From: an uncultured Verrucomicrobiae bacterium
Lineage (GTDB): Bacteria > Verrucomicrobiota > Verrucomicrobiia > Limisphaerales > Palsa-1400
Direction of reading: 5' to 3'
Length of the DNA: 64,000 bases
Assembly (NCBI GenBank): GCA_963764165.1
Contig: CAVXRD010000001.1
Span: 480,001 to 544,000, forward strand
Positions 40,098 to 50,065 of the stretch are shown here, piece after piece. Positions within the stretch are counted from its first letter, which is position 1. Each line of letters starts with the position of its first letter. The notes beneath the pieces are model-generated. The model had not been told where the DNA came from. It did no database searches and worked only from the letters and a program-made list of their open reading frames with translations. Both the position numbers and the translations under genes were made by a program.

Positions 40098-40765
40098 AAA
40101 AATCGAGCGACAAAAGCCGGATATTAATTGTTGACGATCATCCGCTGTTTTGCGAAGGATTGCGCCGCATGCTTGACCGGCATCCGTCGCTGGAGGTGTG
40201 CGGCCAGGTTCCCGACGCGGTGCAAGCCATGAAAGCCGTGGCGGATTTGAAACCCGACCTCGTTTTGGTGGATATTTCCCTCGAAGGCACTAATGGCATC
40301 GATCTTATCAAAAGCCTCAAGGCCAAATACGAAGACCTGCCGGTGCTGGTGGTTTCGATGCACGACGAATCCCTGTACGCCGAGCGGGCGCTGCGCGCGG
40401 GGGCGCAGGGTTACATCATGAAAAACCAGCCCATCCAAGTTGTGCGAAGCGCGATTTTCAAGGTGCTGGGCGGCGAGATTTTTCTCAGCGAAAAAATGTC
40501 CACTTCCGTCCTGGCGAAGCTGCTGCGCGGAAAGACAGAAGAGACGCCTTCCTCGGTTGATAAATTGAGCGACCGCGAATTGGAGGTTTTCCAAATGCTG
40601 GGCGAAGGTAAATCTTCGAGGCAAATTGCCGAATCCCTCGAATTGACGATTCCAACAATCCATTCCTTCCGCAATCGCATCAAGGAAAAGCTGGATTACA
40701 AAAACTCAACGGAACTCGTGCTGCACGCCATGCAATGGGTGCGCGAGCGGGTCGAACATCCGTAA
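40094..40765 (+). CDS. NarL/LuxR-family response regulator
   Basis: IVDDHP, VDISL, LSDRELEVF HTH; ATGA overlap with the kinase. Confidence 0.95.
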   Translation: MKKSSDKSRILIVDDHPLFCEGLRRMLDRHPSLEVCGQVPDAVQAMKAVADLKPDLVLVDISLEGTNGIDLIKSLKAKYEDLPVLVVSMHDESLYAERALRAGAQGYIMKNQPIQVVRSAIFKVLGGEIFLSEKMSTSVLAKLLRGKTEETPSSVDKLSDRELEVFQMLGEGKSSRQIAESLELTIPTIHSFRNRIKEKLDYKNSTELVLHAMQWVRERVEHP

Positions 40766-42123
40766 TGATGCAGCGAGTTAAGTTGTGGGGGTGGCTTTTG
40801 GGATTCCTCTTCATTGCCACGGCACGGGCGGATTTGTGGGTCACAGGATATTACCCCGGCTATGAATCAATGCCTGTCAGCAATATTGATTTTTCGGCGA
40901 TTACGCATGTCATTCATTTTGCCCTGGTTCCGCAATCGAACGGATCAGTGAGCGGCACCGCAAACGAAATCACCACCGCGGCAGCCTCCAATCTTGTTTC
41001 CGCGGCGCACGCGGCCGGACGAAAAGCGCTCGTGTGCGTGGGCGGTGCGGGAGAAGAAGCCAATTTCCTTGCAGCGACGACCAGCGCAAACATTGGCACT
41101 TTCGTCAACAATATCGTCAACTTCGCGTCGAACAATAATTACGACGGAGTTGATTTGGATTGGGAGCCGTTCGCCTCCTCCGACGAGACGCAATACACAA
41201 ATCTCGTTTACGCCCTGCACAAGGCATTGAACAGACTCCCGTCGCCGAAATTGTTGACAGTCGCGTCGCCGTCCGCGCCTGAATACGGGGACACGCCGGT
41301 GATCTTCTCCATGCTCAGCGCGGTGCAGTCGCAGTTCGATCAGATCAACATCATGACCTACGATATGTCCGGCCCGTATGAAGGCTGGGTGACGTGGTTT
41401 AACTCGCCAATTTATGATGGCGGTTATGCATTTCCGGGCACTTCGGAGGTCGTGCCTTCCATCAATGCCTCGATCAGCAATTTTCTCCAAGCGGGTGTGC
41501 AAAGCTCCAAACTCGGCGTCGGCACGGCCTTTTATGGCGACATTTGGACCGGAGGACCGGGCTTGACTCAACCGCGCCAGGGATGGGCAACAAACACGCC
41601 GACCGTCACACAGGTTAGTTACGCGCAGATCATAAATACCTACTACCAACCAGCTCTTTATCATTGGGATGCGGCTGCTCAGGCCCCGTATCTGGGCATC
41701 ACCAAATCACCCGCGTCAAACGACATTTTCCTCTCCTACGACGACAGCCGATCCAGTCAATCAAAAGTCAGTTTCGCCCGGAATTTGCGTTTGGGTGGAG
41801 TCATGATCTGGGAACTGGCGCAGGATTATTTTCCCACGATGCCAGCCGGGCAAAAGACGCCCCTGGCAAGCGCGATAAAATCGGCTTTGGCCACCCCCGC
41901 ATTTGTGTCCGTTCAGAACAGCAACGGCGCAGTCACCTTTAATTTCACCGCGGCGCCGCTCGGCTTGTACACCGTCGAATGGACGAGCGATCTGGCAGCG
42001 CCGTCGTGGACGGTGCTCGCCAGCAACCTCTCGGGCATCGGCACGAATGTCCAAACCATTCAAGTCACCGACCCGTCGCCCGCAAGTCAGGGCGACCGAT
42101 TTTACCGGGTCCGCACTCCGTAG
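40765..42123 (+). CDS. GH18 chitinase-like hydrolase with C-terminal FYRV domain
   Basis: TAATG overlap with the regulator; signal peptide; DGVDLDWE (DxDxE), MTYD, MIWEL. Confidence 0.93.
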   Translation: MMQRVKLWGWLLGFLFIATARADLWVTGYYPGYESMPVSNIDFSAITHVIHFALVPQSNGSVSGTANEITTAAASNLVSAAHAAGRKALVCVGGAGEEANFLAATTSANIGTFVNNIVNFASNNNYDGVDLDWEPFASSDETQYTNLVYALHKALNRLPSPKLLTVASPSAPEYGDTPVIFSMLSAVQSQFDQINIMTYDMSGPYEGWVTWFNSPIYDGGYAFPGTSEVVPSINASISNFLQAGVQSSKLGVGTAFYGDIWTGGPGLTQPRQGWATNTPTVTQVSYAQIINTYYQPALYHWDAAAQAPYLGITKSPASNDIFLSYDDSRSSQSKVSFARNLRLGGVMIWELAQDYFPTMPAGQKTPLASAIKSALATPAFVSVQNSNGAVTFNFTAAPLGLYTVEWTSDLAAPSWTVLASNLSGIGTNVQTIQVTDPSPASQGDRFYRVRTP

Positions 42124-42195
42124 TGGAGTGTCTCTTAAATCTTGCCGAAGCGCCACCTTTCCACACCGCTCTCCGGCCACGCAAAGTGACTGGGA

Positions 42196-45132
42196 TTAAA
42201 TCTCCGAGTCGAATTTGTAAGTGCCCGAGCCGACCTCAAAAATGGCGTTGTCGTTTTCCTGGCGGAGGAAACGGATTCCCTCAGCTCGCTTGATGCTCTT
42301 GCCGCCCTCGGTGACGTTGGCGGCGTCTTTGGTCGGAACGCAAATGGTGGCGGTGGTGTTGGCGGGGATGGTTACGTTGAGCGCCAGCTTGCTTCCGCTG
42401 AGCTTCCACGAAGTCGCGATGCGGCCGTGGATGGAATCGTATTGGGCCCGCGCCCAGGTCAAACTGTTGGTCAGAATCGCCGGCTTGATCAAGATCGAGG
42501 CAAATCCTGGACTTGCGGGACGAATTCCGCCGACGTATCCGAACAGGTATTCTCCGCATGAGCCGAGAGAATAATGGTTGAACGAATTCATGCCCGGGTC
42601 CTGAAATCCTTTATCCGGCGTCCAGCCATCCCAACGCTCCCATATCGTCGTGGCTCCGTGTTTCACGGAGAATAACCACGAGGGAAACGTATCCTGCGTC
42701 AGCAATTTGCCGGCCGTATCGAGGTAACCGTTGTCCGTCAGCATCGGCAAAAGATAACTGACTCCAATGAAACCGGTGGAGAGATGATTGCTCCTCGATT
42801 GAATGTCATGAGCCAGATATTCCGCCGCTTTAGCCTTCAAATTGTCCGGCAGCAAACCAAACTTGAGCGCCATCGCATAATCCGTCTGCGTATCATCCCG
42901 GATGCGCCCGTCTTCGGCGACGAATTTTTTGACGAAGGCTGCTTTGATATCCTCAAACAGTGAATTATACCTGGCAGCCTCATCTCCCCGGCCCAGCACT
43001 TCGCAGGACTTGGCGAGCAGATGCGTCGAATAAGCAAAGAACGCGGTGCCGATCACGGACTTGGGAGTTTCGACTCCGTTGTTCAGCCAGTCGCCGTAAT
43101 CGTTGCCGCGATCTTTGTCACGTATAAGACCCGTGCTGTGGGCGCGAAGGTATTCGACCCACTTGATCATGTAAGGCAGATTTTTTTCGAGAATGCGTTT
43201 GTCGCCGTAAGCGTCGTAAATCGTCCACGGGCAAATTACGCCCGCATCCCCCCAGGCTGGAACGCTGTTGGCGCCCATGGTGTTGGGACTGACATCACTG
43301 AACGAGCCTTCCAGCGTCTGTCCGTCGTCGACATCAACCATCCACTTCGTGAAAAATCCGGCCACATCGGCGTTGTAGGTGGCGGTGCGAACGAACACTT
43401 GCGCGTCACCCATCCATCCGAGGCGCTCGTCGCGCTGCGGGCAATCGGTCGGGATGCTGATGTAATTTCCGAGCTGGCCCCACTGAATGTTTGACTGAAG
43501 CCGGTTTAAGCGCGGATCGGAGCAGGAAAATTCACCCGTGCGCGGGACGTCCGAGGCGATGACAATTCCCGTCACCGCATCCATCGAAGGCGTGGAGTCC
43601 AAGCCTGTCAACTCCACGTAACGGAATCCGTGAAATGTAAAACGAGGATGCCAGACTTCTGTGCCTTTTCCGCTGCAAATATAGTGGTCCACCGAAGGCG
43701 CGCCGCGGAGATTAGCGACGTAAATGGTTCCGTCGGGATTGAGCATTTCAGCGTGGTGTATGGTGACTCTGGTTCCGGCGGACGCGGAAATTTTCAACCG
43801 GACAAATCCGACCATGTTCTGCCCCATGTCATAAACCCAATGGCCGGGCGCGGATTCCTTCAGCGTCTTCGGCTTCAATTCCGTGATTTCGCGAACCGGC
43901 GGGGAGGCGACGCCATCGAATTCTATTTTCGGCTCTTCCTTAATCGACGAAGGCAGCCACGCGCTTTCATCCAAGCCCGCTTTGTCCCAGCCCGCCATTT
44001 CAGCGCGCGCGTCGTAAGTCTCGCCCTGCATGAAATCGGAGGAAATGATGGGGCTGGTGTGAACCTTCCACGAAGAATCGGTGGCAATGCGCTCGGTCTG
44101 CCCGTCCGCGTAGGTAATTTCCAATTGCGCCATCAATGCCGGAACTTTCCCGAAATACTGAAAGCCGCCATTGCCAATGTGCCCGCTATACCATCCGTCG
44201 CCCAGCATCGCGCCCATGGCGTTGGGGCCGATTTTAAGCATTCCAGTGACATCGTAAGTTTGGTAACGGATGCGCTTGCGATAATCTGTCCAATCCGGCG
44301 CCAAAATAATATCGCCAACCTTCGCTCCGTTGATGTGCATTTCATAGAGCCCCAGCGCTGTCACATAAAGTGTCGCGCTTTTAATCCGCCGTGAAAGGTC
44401 GAATGTCTTGCGAAAGCAAGGAACACGGTCGGCGTCGTCCGGCAGGGTCAGCAATTCATTTTCATTGATTTCCTTGCGCCGCGCCTCGCCCCCGACTGCG
44501 TAGTCGACTTCCAGCGTCTTTTTTTGGTTGGGGGCGGGATCGGGGCCGAGCGCCTTATTGTCCGCCAGCATCACCAGGCGGTTATTCGCGATGTGGCTGG
44601 AAAGCTTGGCTGTCACGTCAGCCCGCATGCCGCCAACTGTTGAACTGTAGACGGCCTTTTGAATGACTAGTTCGCGTCCTGTGGCCGTCGCGAGGGATTC
44701 GCCCGTGATCCATTGAGCATTCCAGTCCGATGGCTGGAGCAATCCCATCTCCCAAAGAGCCGGTTTGCTCCAGTGGCTCGCACTGCCTGTTTGATCCCAT
44801 GCGCGCACTTTCCAGTAGCAATCCTGCCGTGAGGAAAGCGGCCTGCCCCTGTAAACTATCTGCGTCGAGTCCGCCGAAGAAACGATGCCGCTATCCCACA
44901 AATCGCCTTGGTTGGAATTCAGCAGTTTTGGCGAAGATGCAACGAGAATCTGGTAAGCCGATTGCCTTTCGCCCCGGCGATTCGAGGTGATGATCCAGCT
45001 CAATCGCGGCTGAACCGAGTCAATCCCCAGCGGATTGTCCAGGTACTCGCAGCGCAGATTTGCGACATCAGCGGCGAGCAATTTGGTTGCGAGAAGAGTG
45101 AGCGCAATGAAAGTTTGGGAGAGGCGTTTCAT
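42196..45132 (-). CDS. Alpha-L-rhamnosidase, GH78 (978 aa) with a small lectin-like insert; no C-terminal FY domain
   Basis: DMGQNMVG, FTFHGFRY, PTDCPQRDERLGW, GATTIWERW, MNSFNHY; signal peptide. Confidence 0.95.
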   Translation of the reverse strand: MKRLSQTFIALTLLATKLLAADVANLRCEYLDNPLGIDSVQPRLSWIITSNRRGERQSAYQILVASSPKLLNSNQGDLWDSGIVSSADSTQIVYRGRPLSSRQDCYWKVRAWDQTGSASHWSKPALWEMGLLQPSDWNAQWITGESLATATGRELVIQKAVYSSTVGGMRADVTAKLSSHIANNRLVMLADNKALGPDPAPNQKKTLEVDYAVGGEARRKEINENELLTLPDDADRVPCFRKTFDLSRRIKSATLYVTALGLYEMHINGAKVGDIILAPDWTDYRKRIRYQTYDVTGMLKIGPNAMGAMLGDGWYSGHIGNGGFQYFGKVPALMAQLEITYADGQTERIATDSSWKVHTSPIISSDFMQGETYDARAEMAGWDKAGLDESAWLPSSIKEEPKIEFDGVASPPVREITELKPKTLKESAPGHWVYDMGQNMVGFVRLKISASAGTRVTIHHAEMLNPDGTIYVANLRGAPSVDHYICSGKGTEVWHPRFTFHGFRYVELTGLDSTPSMDAVTGIVIASDVPRTGEFSCSDPRLNRLQSNIQWGQLGNYISIPTDCPQRDERLGWMGDAQVFVRTATYNADVAGFFTKWMVDVDDGQTLEGSFSDVSPNTMGANSVPAWGDAGVICPWTIYDAYGDKRILEKNLPYMIKWVEYLRAHSTGLIRDKDRGNDYGDWLNNGVETPKSVIGTAFFAYSTHLLAKSCEVLGRGDEAARYNSLFEDIKAAFVKKFVAEDGRIRDDTQTDYAMALKFGLLPDNLKAKAAEYLAHDIQSRSNHLSTGFIGVSYLLPMLTDNGYLDTAGKLLTQDTFPSWLFSVKHGATTIWERWDGWTPDKGFQDPGMNSFNHYSLGSCGEYLFGYVGGIRPASPGFASILIKPAILTNSLTWARAQYDSIHGRIATSWKLSGSKLALNVTIPANTTATICVPTKDAANVTEGGKSIKRAEGIRFLRQENDNAIFEVGSGTYKFDSEI

Positions 45133-45276
45133 TAAAATGTATCTTTAACTTCCCGCGAGAATGCCATCCAATGTGTGCCCGTCAGCCCTGTCCATCGCGG
45201 CAATTTCTCCCGAGTTCAATATATAGCAGTGCTTAATTGCGTCTCAATTTTAGCCGCAAGCACAGGCGGGGGTCTA

Positions 45277-45316
45277 TCCCTAGATTCGGTGAGTGTCGGT
45301 TAACCGAAATCGGTAG
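45277..45316. promoter_or_regulatory. Candidate tandem regulator boxes upstream of the first GH78
   Basis: Minus strand CTACC-GATTTC-GGTTA and TCACC-GAATCT-AGGGA; similar pair upstream of the second GH78. Confidence 0.4.
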
Positions 45317-45407
45317 GGTGAGGCCGCGAGGCATTTTCATTATTCGCAAGAAGATCGGACTTATAGGACCTATAAGACTTAGGGGACGGCTCGTCATCCC
45401 CTCTGCT

Positions 45408-46136
45408 TTAACTTCCAGTCTGCGATTTGGAGGCCATGTAGCGAATCACGGCTTCCGTCCGCGAGCGCACGTGCATTTTGCTGAAGACATGTTTCAGATG
45501 GCTGCAAACGGTGTCGATGCTCAGGTTAAGCTTGTCAGCTATGATTTTGTTCGAATAGCCCTGGGCCAACAGCAGAAGAATTTGCTCCTCGCGCACCGAA
45601 AGATGCGTCGACTCGTCGCGCACCTGCGCTTTGCGCCGGAACGATTCGATTACGCGGCGGGCGATTTGGCTCGTCATCGGAGCGCCGCCGCCGAGCACAT
45701 CCAGCAATGCCGCGCGCAACTCGGCCGGCTTCGTCCGTTTCAGAAGATAACCATCCGCTCCCGCCTCCAGCGCCAGAAACACCAGTTCCTGATCATCCAT
45801 CGCCGTCAGGATGACGATCTGCGCGGCGGGCAAAAGCGTCTTGATCTTGGAAGTGCATTCGATGCCGGACATGCGCGGCAGGAAAATATCCATCAGCACA
45901 ACGTCCGGCTCTTCTGGCGGAATGACGCGCAGCGCCTCTTCCCCCGTCGCGCAAGCGCAGACGCAGGTGAAATCCTTGAACGAATTAATGAGATGCACCC
46001 AGCTGTCACGCACCTTCGGCTGGTCTTCGACCAATGCGACGCGGATGGGTGTTTTGGGCGCCGCTCCGGCTGCGCCCCTGCCGCCGGCTGGCTTCTCTGC
46101 CGCGGTGGATGGCGGCGCTGAAAGTTTCACAGACAT
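45408..46136 (-). CDS. NarL/LuxR-family response regulator
   Basis: LVEDQ, MDIFLP, GYLLK, LSVREEQIL...SNKIIADKL HTH. Confidence 0.95.
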   Translation of the reverse strand: MSVKLSAPPSTAAEKPAGGRGAAGAAPKTPIRVALVEDQPKVRDSWVHLINSFKDFTCVCACATGEEALRVIPPEEPDVVLMDIFLPRMSGIECTSKIKTLLPAAQIVILTAMDDQELVFLALEAGADGYLLKRTKPAELRAALLDVLGGGAPMTSQIARRVIESFRRKAQVRDESTHLSVREEQILLLLAQGYSNKIIADKLNLSIDTVCSHLKHVFSKMHVRSRTEAVIRYMASKSQTGS

Positions 46137-46142
46137 GATTTT

Positions 46143-47642
46143 TTATAATGCCTTCGTCTCGATGATTGGCTCGGGAGCGGGCTGCACCTTGGCGAAGCGG
46201 CTCCAAAAATATCGCCGCGACTTCTTCAAGGGAAGGCTAAACTGAATCCGGCAGCCTTTTCCCGGCTCGCTGGCAATATCGCACGCCCCGCCCACTTCGC
46301 GAATTCGCTCCGCCATGTTGGTGAACCCGTTGCGGCCCGGTTTGAGGTTCGCCTTGTCGAAGCCGCGCCCGTTGTCGGCGATTTCCACCAATAGTTTCTC
46401 GCCATGAAAGCTGATGCGCAGCGTCAACTCGCTGGCTTCCGAGTATTTGACGGCGTTGTTGAGCGATTCCTTGATTGCCATCAGCAGCGCGCGGCGCACC
46501 GGCAGCGCCAAAACCAGCGATGACATTTCCGGGGCGATATTGAACAGGCACTGAATCTGCGTCGGCTTCAAATATTCCTGCGCGTAACCGCACACGTAGG
46601 ACGAAAAATCGCTGAACGTGTCGTGGCGCGGGCTGACGGCCCAAAGAATTTCGTCCATCGTGGAAAGAACGCCGCGCGCTTCCTCGCAGATGCGGTCGAT
46701 CTGCTGTCGGGTGGTGGAATCGGGCGGCAGTTCGCTCTGGGCGACTTCGCCATGCAGCACCAACTGCGTCATGCGCGACCCGAGATCGTCGTGAATATCG
46801 CGGGCGATGCGGGCGCGCTCGCGCTTGAGCAGCCACTCTTCTTTTCGATGCGTCGACAATTGGGAAATGAGCCGGCCAGTGATGATGAGGGCCACCGCCA
46901 GTATTGATGCCAGCAGGATTTGGAACCATCCCGTTTGCCAGAAATAGAGCTGGATTGGCAAAAGCGTTGGCATGGGATTCACGTTCTCAGGCTTTTCCCA
47001 CCACGGTGTATCTCCTAGAAATCCAACGATGGTCGCGCGCGGCCAATCTTCCGGGGCGACCGTCAATGTTTCCCAATGGCGGCTCCCTTCCGGCACGATG
47101 CGCCATTTTCGGTCCGACCCAATCGTCATCGTTGTTCCGTCGGCGAAATCGATCCGCAAACCAAAAATCATCCCGGCGAAGGAGGAGGAATTGTAGGCGG
47201 TCACGGCGAGTGTGTGCCAGCCGGGCGAAAGCAGCGGCGTGATGTTGTAATCATATAACTCGCGCCACTCCGCGCCATGCCCCAGTTCGCGGCCATCGAG
47301 CATCAACGTGTATTCGTTGTCGGCGGTGACTAACAGCCGCGAGTGGATGATGGCCGACTTGGAAGGGATTTCAAAGGACCTCCATAACCGGCACGTCTGG
47401 CGATCCTGCGTTTTCGAGTCCCAAATCCAGTTGCCGAGGCTGTTGGTCAAATCTTCGGCGCCAGTGGCGGCAACTTTCAGGTTGCGGCTATTGGTTGGCT
47501 GGCCGAATGCCATCAGGCCAAATGCCAAAAGGCTGGCGGCGATCAAAACGAGACGGACCCGAGCCAGCGATTTCTTGGAACAAACCCCGGCGCGAATGAA
47601 TGGGCGCAAACTCAAAGAAGGAATGAAGAAAGTGGAGTCCAT
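46143..47642 (-). CDS. Sensor histidine kinase (HisKA_3) with a CBM67-like extracytoplasmic domain
   Basis: NWIW..TADNEYTL..NITPLL.PG.HTLAV.AYN; TM helix; ERARIARDIHDDLG; NAVKY, DNGRG. Confidence 0.93.
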   Translation of the reverse strand: MDSTFFIPSLSLRPFIRAGVCSKKSLARVRLVLIAASLLAFGLMAFGQPTNSRNLKVAATGAEDLTNSLGNWIWDSKTQDRQTCRLWRSFEIPSKSAIIHSRLLVTADNEYTLMLDGRELGHGAEWRELYDYNITPLLSPGWHTLAVTAYNSSSFAGMIFGLRIDFADGTTMTIGSDRKWRIVPEGSRHWETLTVAPEDWPRATIVGFLGDTPWWEKPENVNPMPTLLPIQLYFWQTGWFQILLASILAVALIITGRLISQLSTHRKEEWLLKRERARIARDIHDDLGSRMTQLVLHGEVAQSELPPDSTTRQQIDRICEEARGVLSTMDEILWAVSPRHDTFSDFSSYVCGYAQEYLKPTQIQCLFNIAPEMSSLVLALPVRRALLMAIKESLNNAVKYSEASELTLRISFHGEKLLVEIADNGRGFDKANLKPGRNGFTNMAERIREVGGACDIASEPGKGCRIQFSLPLKKSRRYFWSRFAKVQPAPEPIIETKAL

Positions 47643-47905
47643 CTGTTGGGCTTACTAGCAGCAATTCATGCCTGAGTCAAACAAGTCTGGCAAATCTCAG
47701 AAAGGGAATGCCGCGGATGGACGCAGATCAACGCAGATAAAAAATTCGCGAACGCGACAAGTGAGATTGCGACTCCGGCCACGGCTCGCAACAAATGGTC
47801 ATCGTAGAGCAGGAAAATAAACCAAAATGCAAATATGCCGCCAGGCCTTCGATCAAACGAAGAACCGCGCCCTGCGCCCGGGTCAGCCCCATGACAATTC
47901 GCTGT

Positions 47906-48258
47906 CATGGGTGCACTTTTACACATCCGCCGCGAAAACGAAAACCTACCAGAGGTTTTTTGGCACGATTTTTGGAGAAAAAATGCGGAAGAGGGTTTTA
48001 AACGCGCCGGGTATACGTTTGAGGCTCAAAAAGACGCAAAGTGTTATAGGGTGATATAGGGTGCAATGCTCTCTTTCCGGCGAAATCCGTTTGGACGGCC
48101 CCAATGACAGGGCAACCAGACTGGGGCGCATGAACATGAAGTGGCGCGCTGCGCTTCTTCCCTCAATATGACCTTGCATATGCATGGACGCACTTTGGCA
48201 CGGACGGCGCGGGATGGAAAACCTACCAGAGTGTTTTCGGCACGATTAATGGGGAAAA
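47906..48258. repeat. Two degenerate direct repeats of about 76 bp
   Basis: 47906-47981 versus 48183-48258, gapless, core GAAAACCTACCAGAG..TTTT.GGCACGATT. Confidence 0.8.
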
Positions 48259-48391
48259 TTTAATCTGGAACGCCCGAACTCAGGAAAAGAACCTGCAGTG
48301 GGTTTCGCGCGCGTCGTTAATCCGGGTCCGCGTTGCGCATTCATTGGTCAATGCTCATTGGACGCCACAATTCAAGATAAGCATCTTGAAA

Positions 48392-48616
48392 TCACGCCGG
48401 CGGGGGCAATGTCGGGGGACGGGACTGTGCTTTGACGAAAGCGAGGGCGCGGCGGCGAATGCCTTCCGTAAACATTTCACGCGAAACACCTGGGGTATTT
48501 TTCAAAGCGTCTTCCAACCGCGCCTCATAATCGGCCTGCCGATGCTGACGCTGCCGGGAGTCGCATTCACCCAAGGCCAGATAAGCCTATATCAGGGCCT
48601 CCAACTCCGGATTCAT
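48392..48616 (-). pseudogene. Small gene with an in-frame TAG at codon 10, coupled to the upstream gene
   Basis: ATGA overlap at 48613-48616; MNPELEALI*AYLALGECD...YEARLEDALK...KAQSRPPTLPPPA; TAG at 48587-48589. Confidence 0.7.
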
Positions 48617-49011
48617 TCAGGAAACACTTTTTGCAGGAGTTCCTCGGCTTGGGCATCGGTGAGTCTGTTGCCATGCCACATGGCGAGGTCGTCTTTGAGC
48701 ATCCGCTGGGTGGCGGCAACCATAGCGGCTATATCCCGATCCGGGAAGGCCGGAGTGCTTGTAGCGGATGACAAGAGTTCGCCAAAGGCAATCATCGTTT
48801 CCAATGTCGCTTTGTGTTTGCGCAGCTCCTCAACTTTGGGGTTCTCAACGAAATGGGTCCATGGGTACATGCGCAGGGGGCTGGCCATGTTCGCCCAGTC
48901 CTCAGCATCGGCGGTTAGTTCCTGGAAAATTCGGCTGGTGGCGCGTTCGATGAAGTTCGGCGGGACGATCAAGGAATCGCTCTCGGTGCTGGGCATGGCG
49001 GCCACGCTCAT
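48613..49011 (-). CDS. Hypothetical helical protein (132 aa)
   Basis: Protein-like composition; its stop overlaps the start of the downstream small gene. Confidence 0.7.
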   Translation of the reverse strand: MSVAAMPSTESDSLIVPPNFIERATSRIFQELTADAEDWANMASPLRMYPWTHFVENPKVEELRKHKATLETMIAFGELLSSATSTPAFPDRDIAAMVAATQRMLKDDLAMWHGNRLTDAQAEELLQKVFPE

Positions 49012-49299
49012 GGCTGCAATTTAGTCCGTTGACGCCCACGAAGCAAGGCGATAAAACGACTGACATCTGCCAGCCATCATGCACAAATCATTGCCACACA
49101 TGTGGTTGGAAATGGGTCCAATGAGAGGACTCGAAAAACCGCATTCCACTTTTGCGGCCACGTATCATCCTTCTGGCGACAAGCGAGATCGCTACTCGGT
49201 CGTTCTTTGGATGGCATTCCCCATCCATCAATGGCAAAGTGCCCCTTTGGTGGAATGAAGAGGGTTTGATTGAATGTAGTGAGGCTCTCAATAATATCA

Positions 49300-49358
49300 G
49301 GGCGGCGACGCAGCACCGCCCTACCTTACTTTGGTAGGGCGGACCTGCGTGTCCGCCC
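49300..49358. repeat. GTAG-type REP doublet
   Basis: GGGCGGCGACGCAGCACCGCCCTACC and GGTAGGGCGGACCTGCGTGTCCGCCC in inverted arrangement. Confidence 0.8.
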
Positions 49359-49599
49359 AAATATTCCCCCCACTTTCAATCACACCCGAATTTAGAATGG
49401 AGACAAAATAAGAGTTGCCGAAAACCCATCTTTAGGTATTGTAGTTTCCAGCATACCTGCCAAGCCTCTGGCGCAAGCCAAGCTCAAATGTGGCGGGTTT
49501 TTTATTGCCACGATTGTGGGGGGCAGCAACTCAAGTGATTGCTGTTGTGGATAGCGCCGCAAAGCCGATGGGCCAGAAGGCGACGCGCCAGACAAAATA

Positions 49600-49663
49600 G
49601 CCGCAGACGGACTCAGATCAACACAGACTAATCAAAAACCTGTGTGAATTTGCGTTCAAGTTG
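49600..49663. repeat. Degenerate periodic repeat element; related copy at 47710..47739
   Basis: GCCGCAGACGGACTCAGATCAACACAGA versus GCCGCGGATGGACGCAGATCAACGCAGA; partial inverted partner CTGTGTGAATTTGCGTTCA. Confidence 0.6.
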
Positions 49664-50065
49664 TTAAAACCCGTATGAATAAGGGGTTTCTTGATGCGAT
49701 GGACGGCCACAGCCAGCGAAACTGTCAGTCAGGCAACAGATAGCAAAACAATTCGCCAATACTGGCCCAGTCGCCCCCAGCAAAGACTGAGGTTGCGCAC
49801 CATGCCATCGGTAAACTTGAGTTTTTGGAAGTTGTGGATGCACGAGACTCTTTACGACAAGGCCACGAAGAAATTTGTCGCACGCCCGTAAATGGGTCGC
49901 AGCTACTATTATGATTGAAAACGGTTGACCTCGTTGGAGAGATTGATTAAGCGTTTGGAGGCAAGTCCACGATTGGTGAAACGACCGCCGCTCCTTTTTT
50001 GGACTGACGAAGCGCTCAATGTCTGTGGGCTACCCGTCTGATCCTAAGTCAATTCGAAGCAACTG

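Noticed and set aside
48587..48589. Stop-codon recoding (pyrrolysine or TAG reassignment)
   Set aside because: TAG terminates normal genes here (for example at 1935, 31349, 42123) and no pyl genes are present; a nonsense mutation is simpler.
49690..50045. Possible decayed CDS upstream of the DUF3883 gene
   Set aside because: The frame has several stops and I recognise no family.
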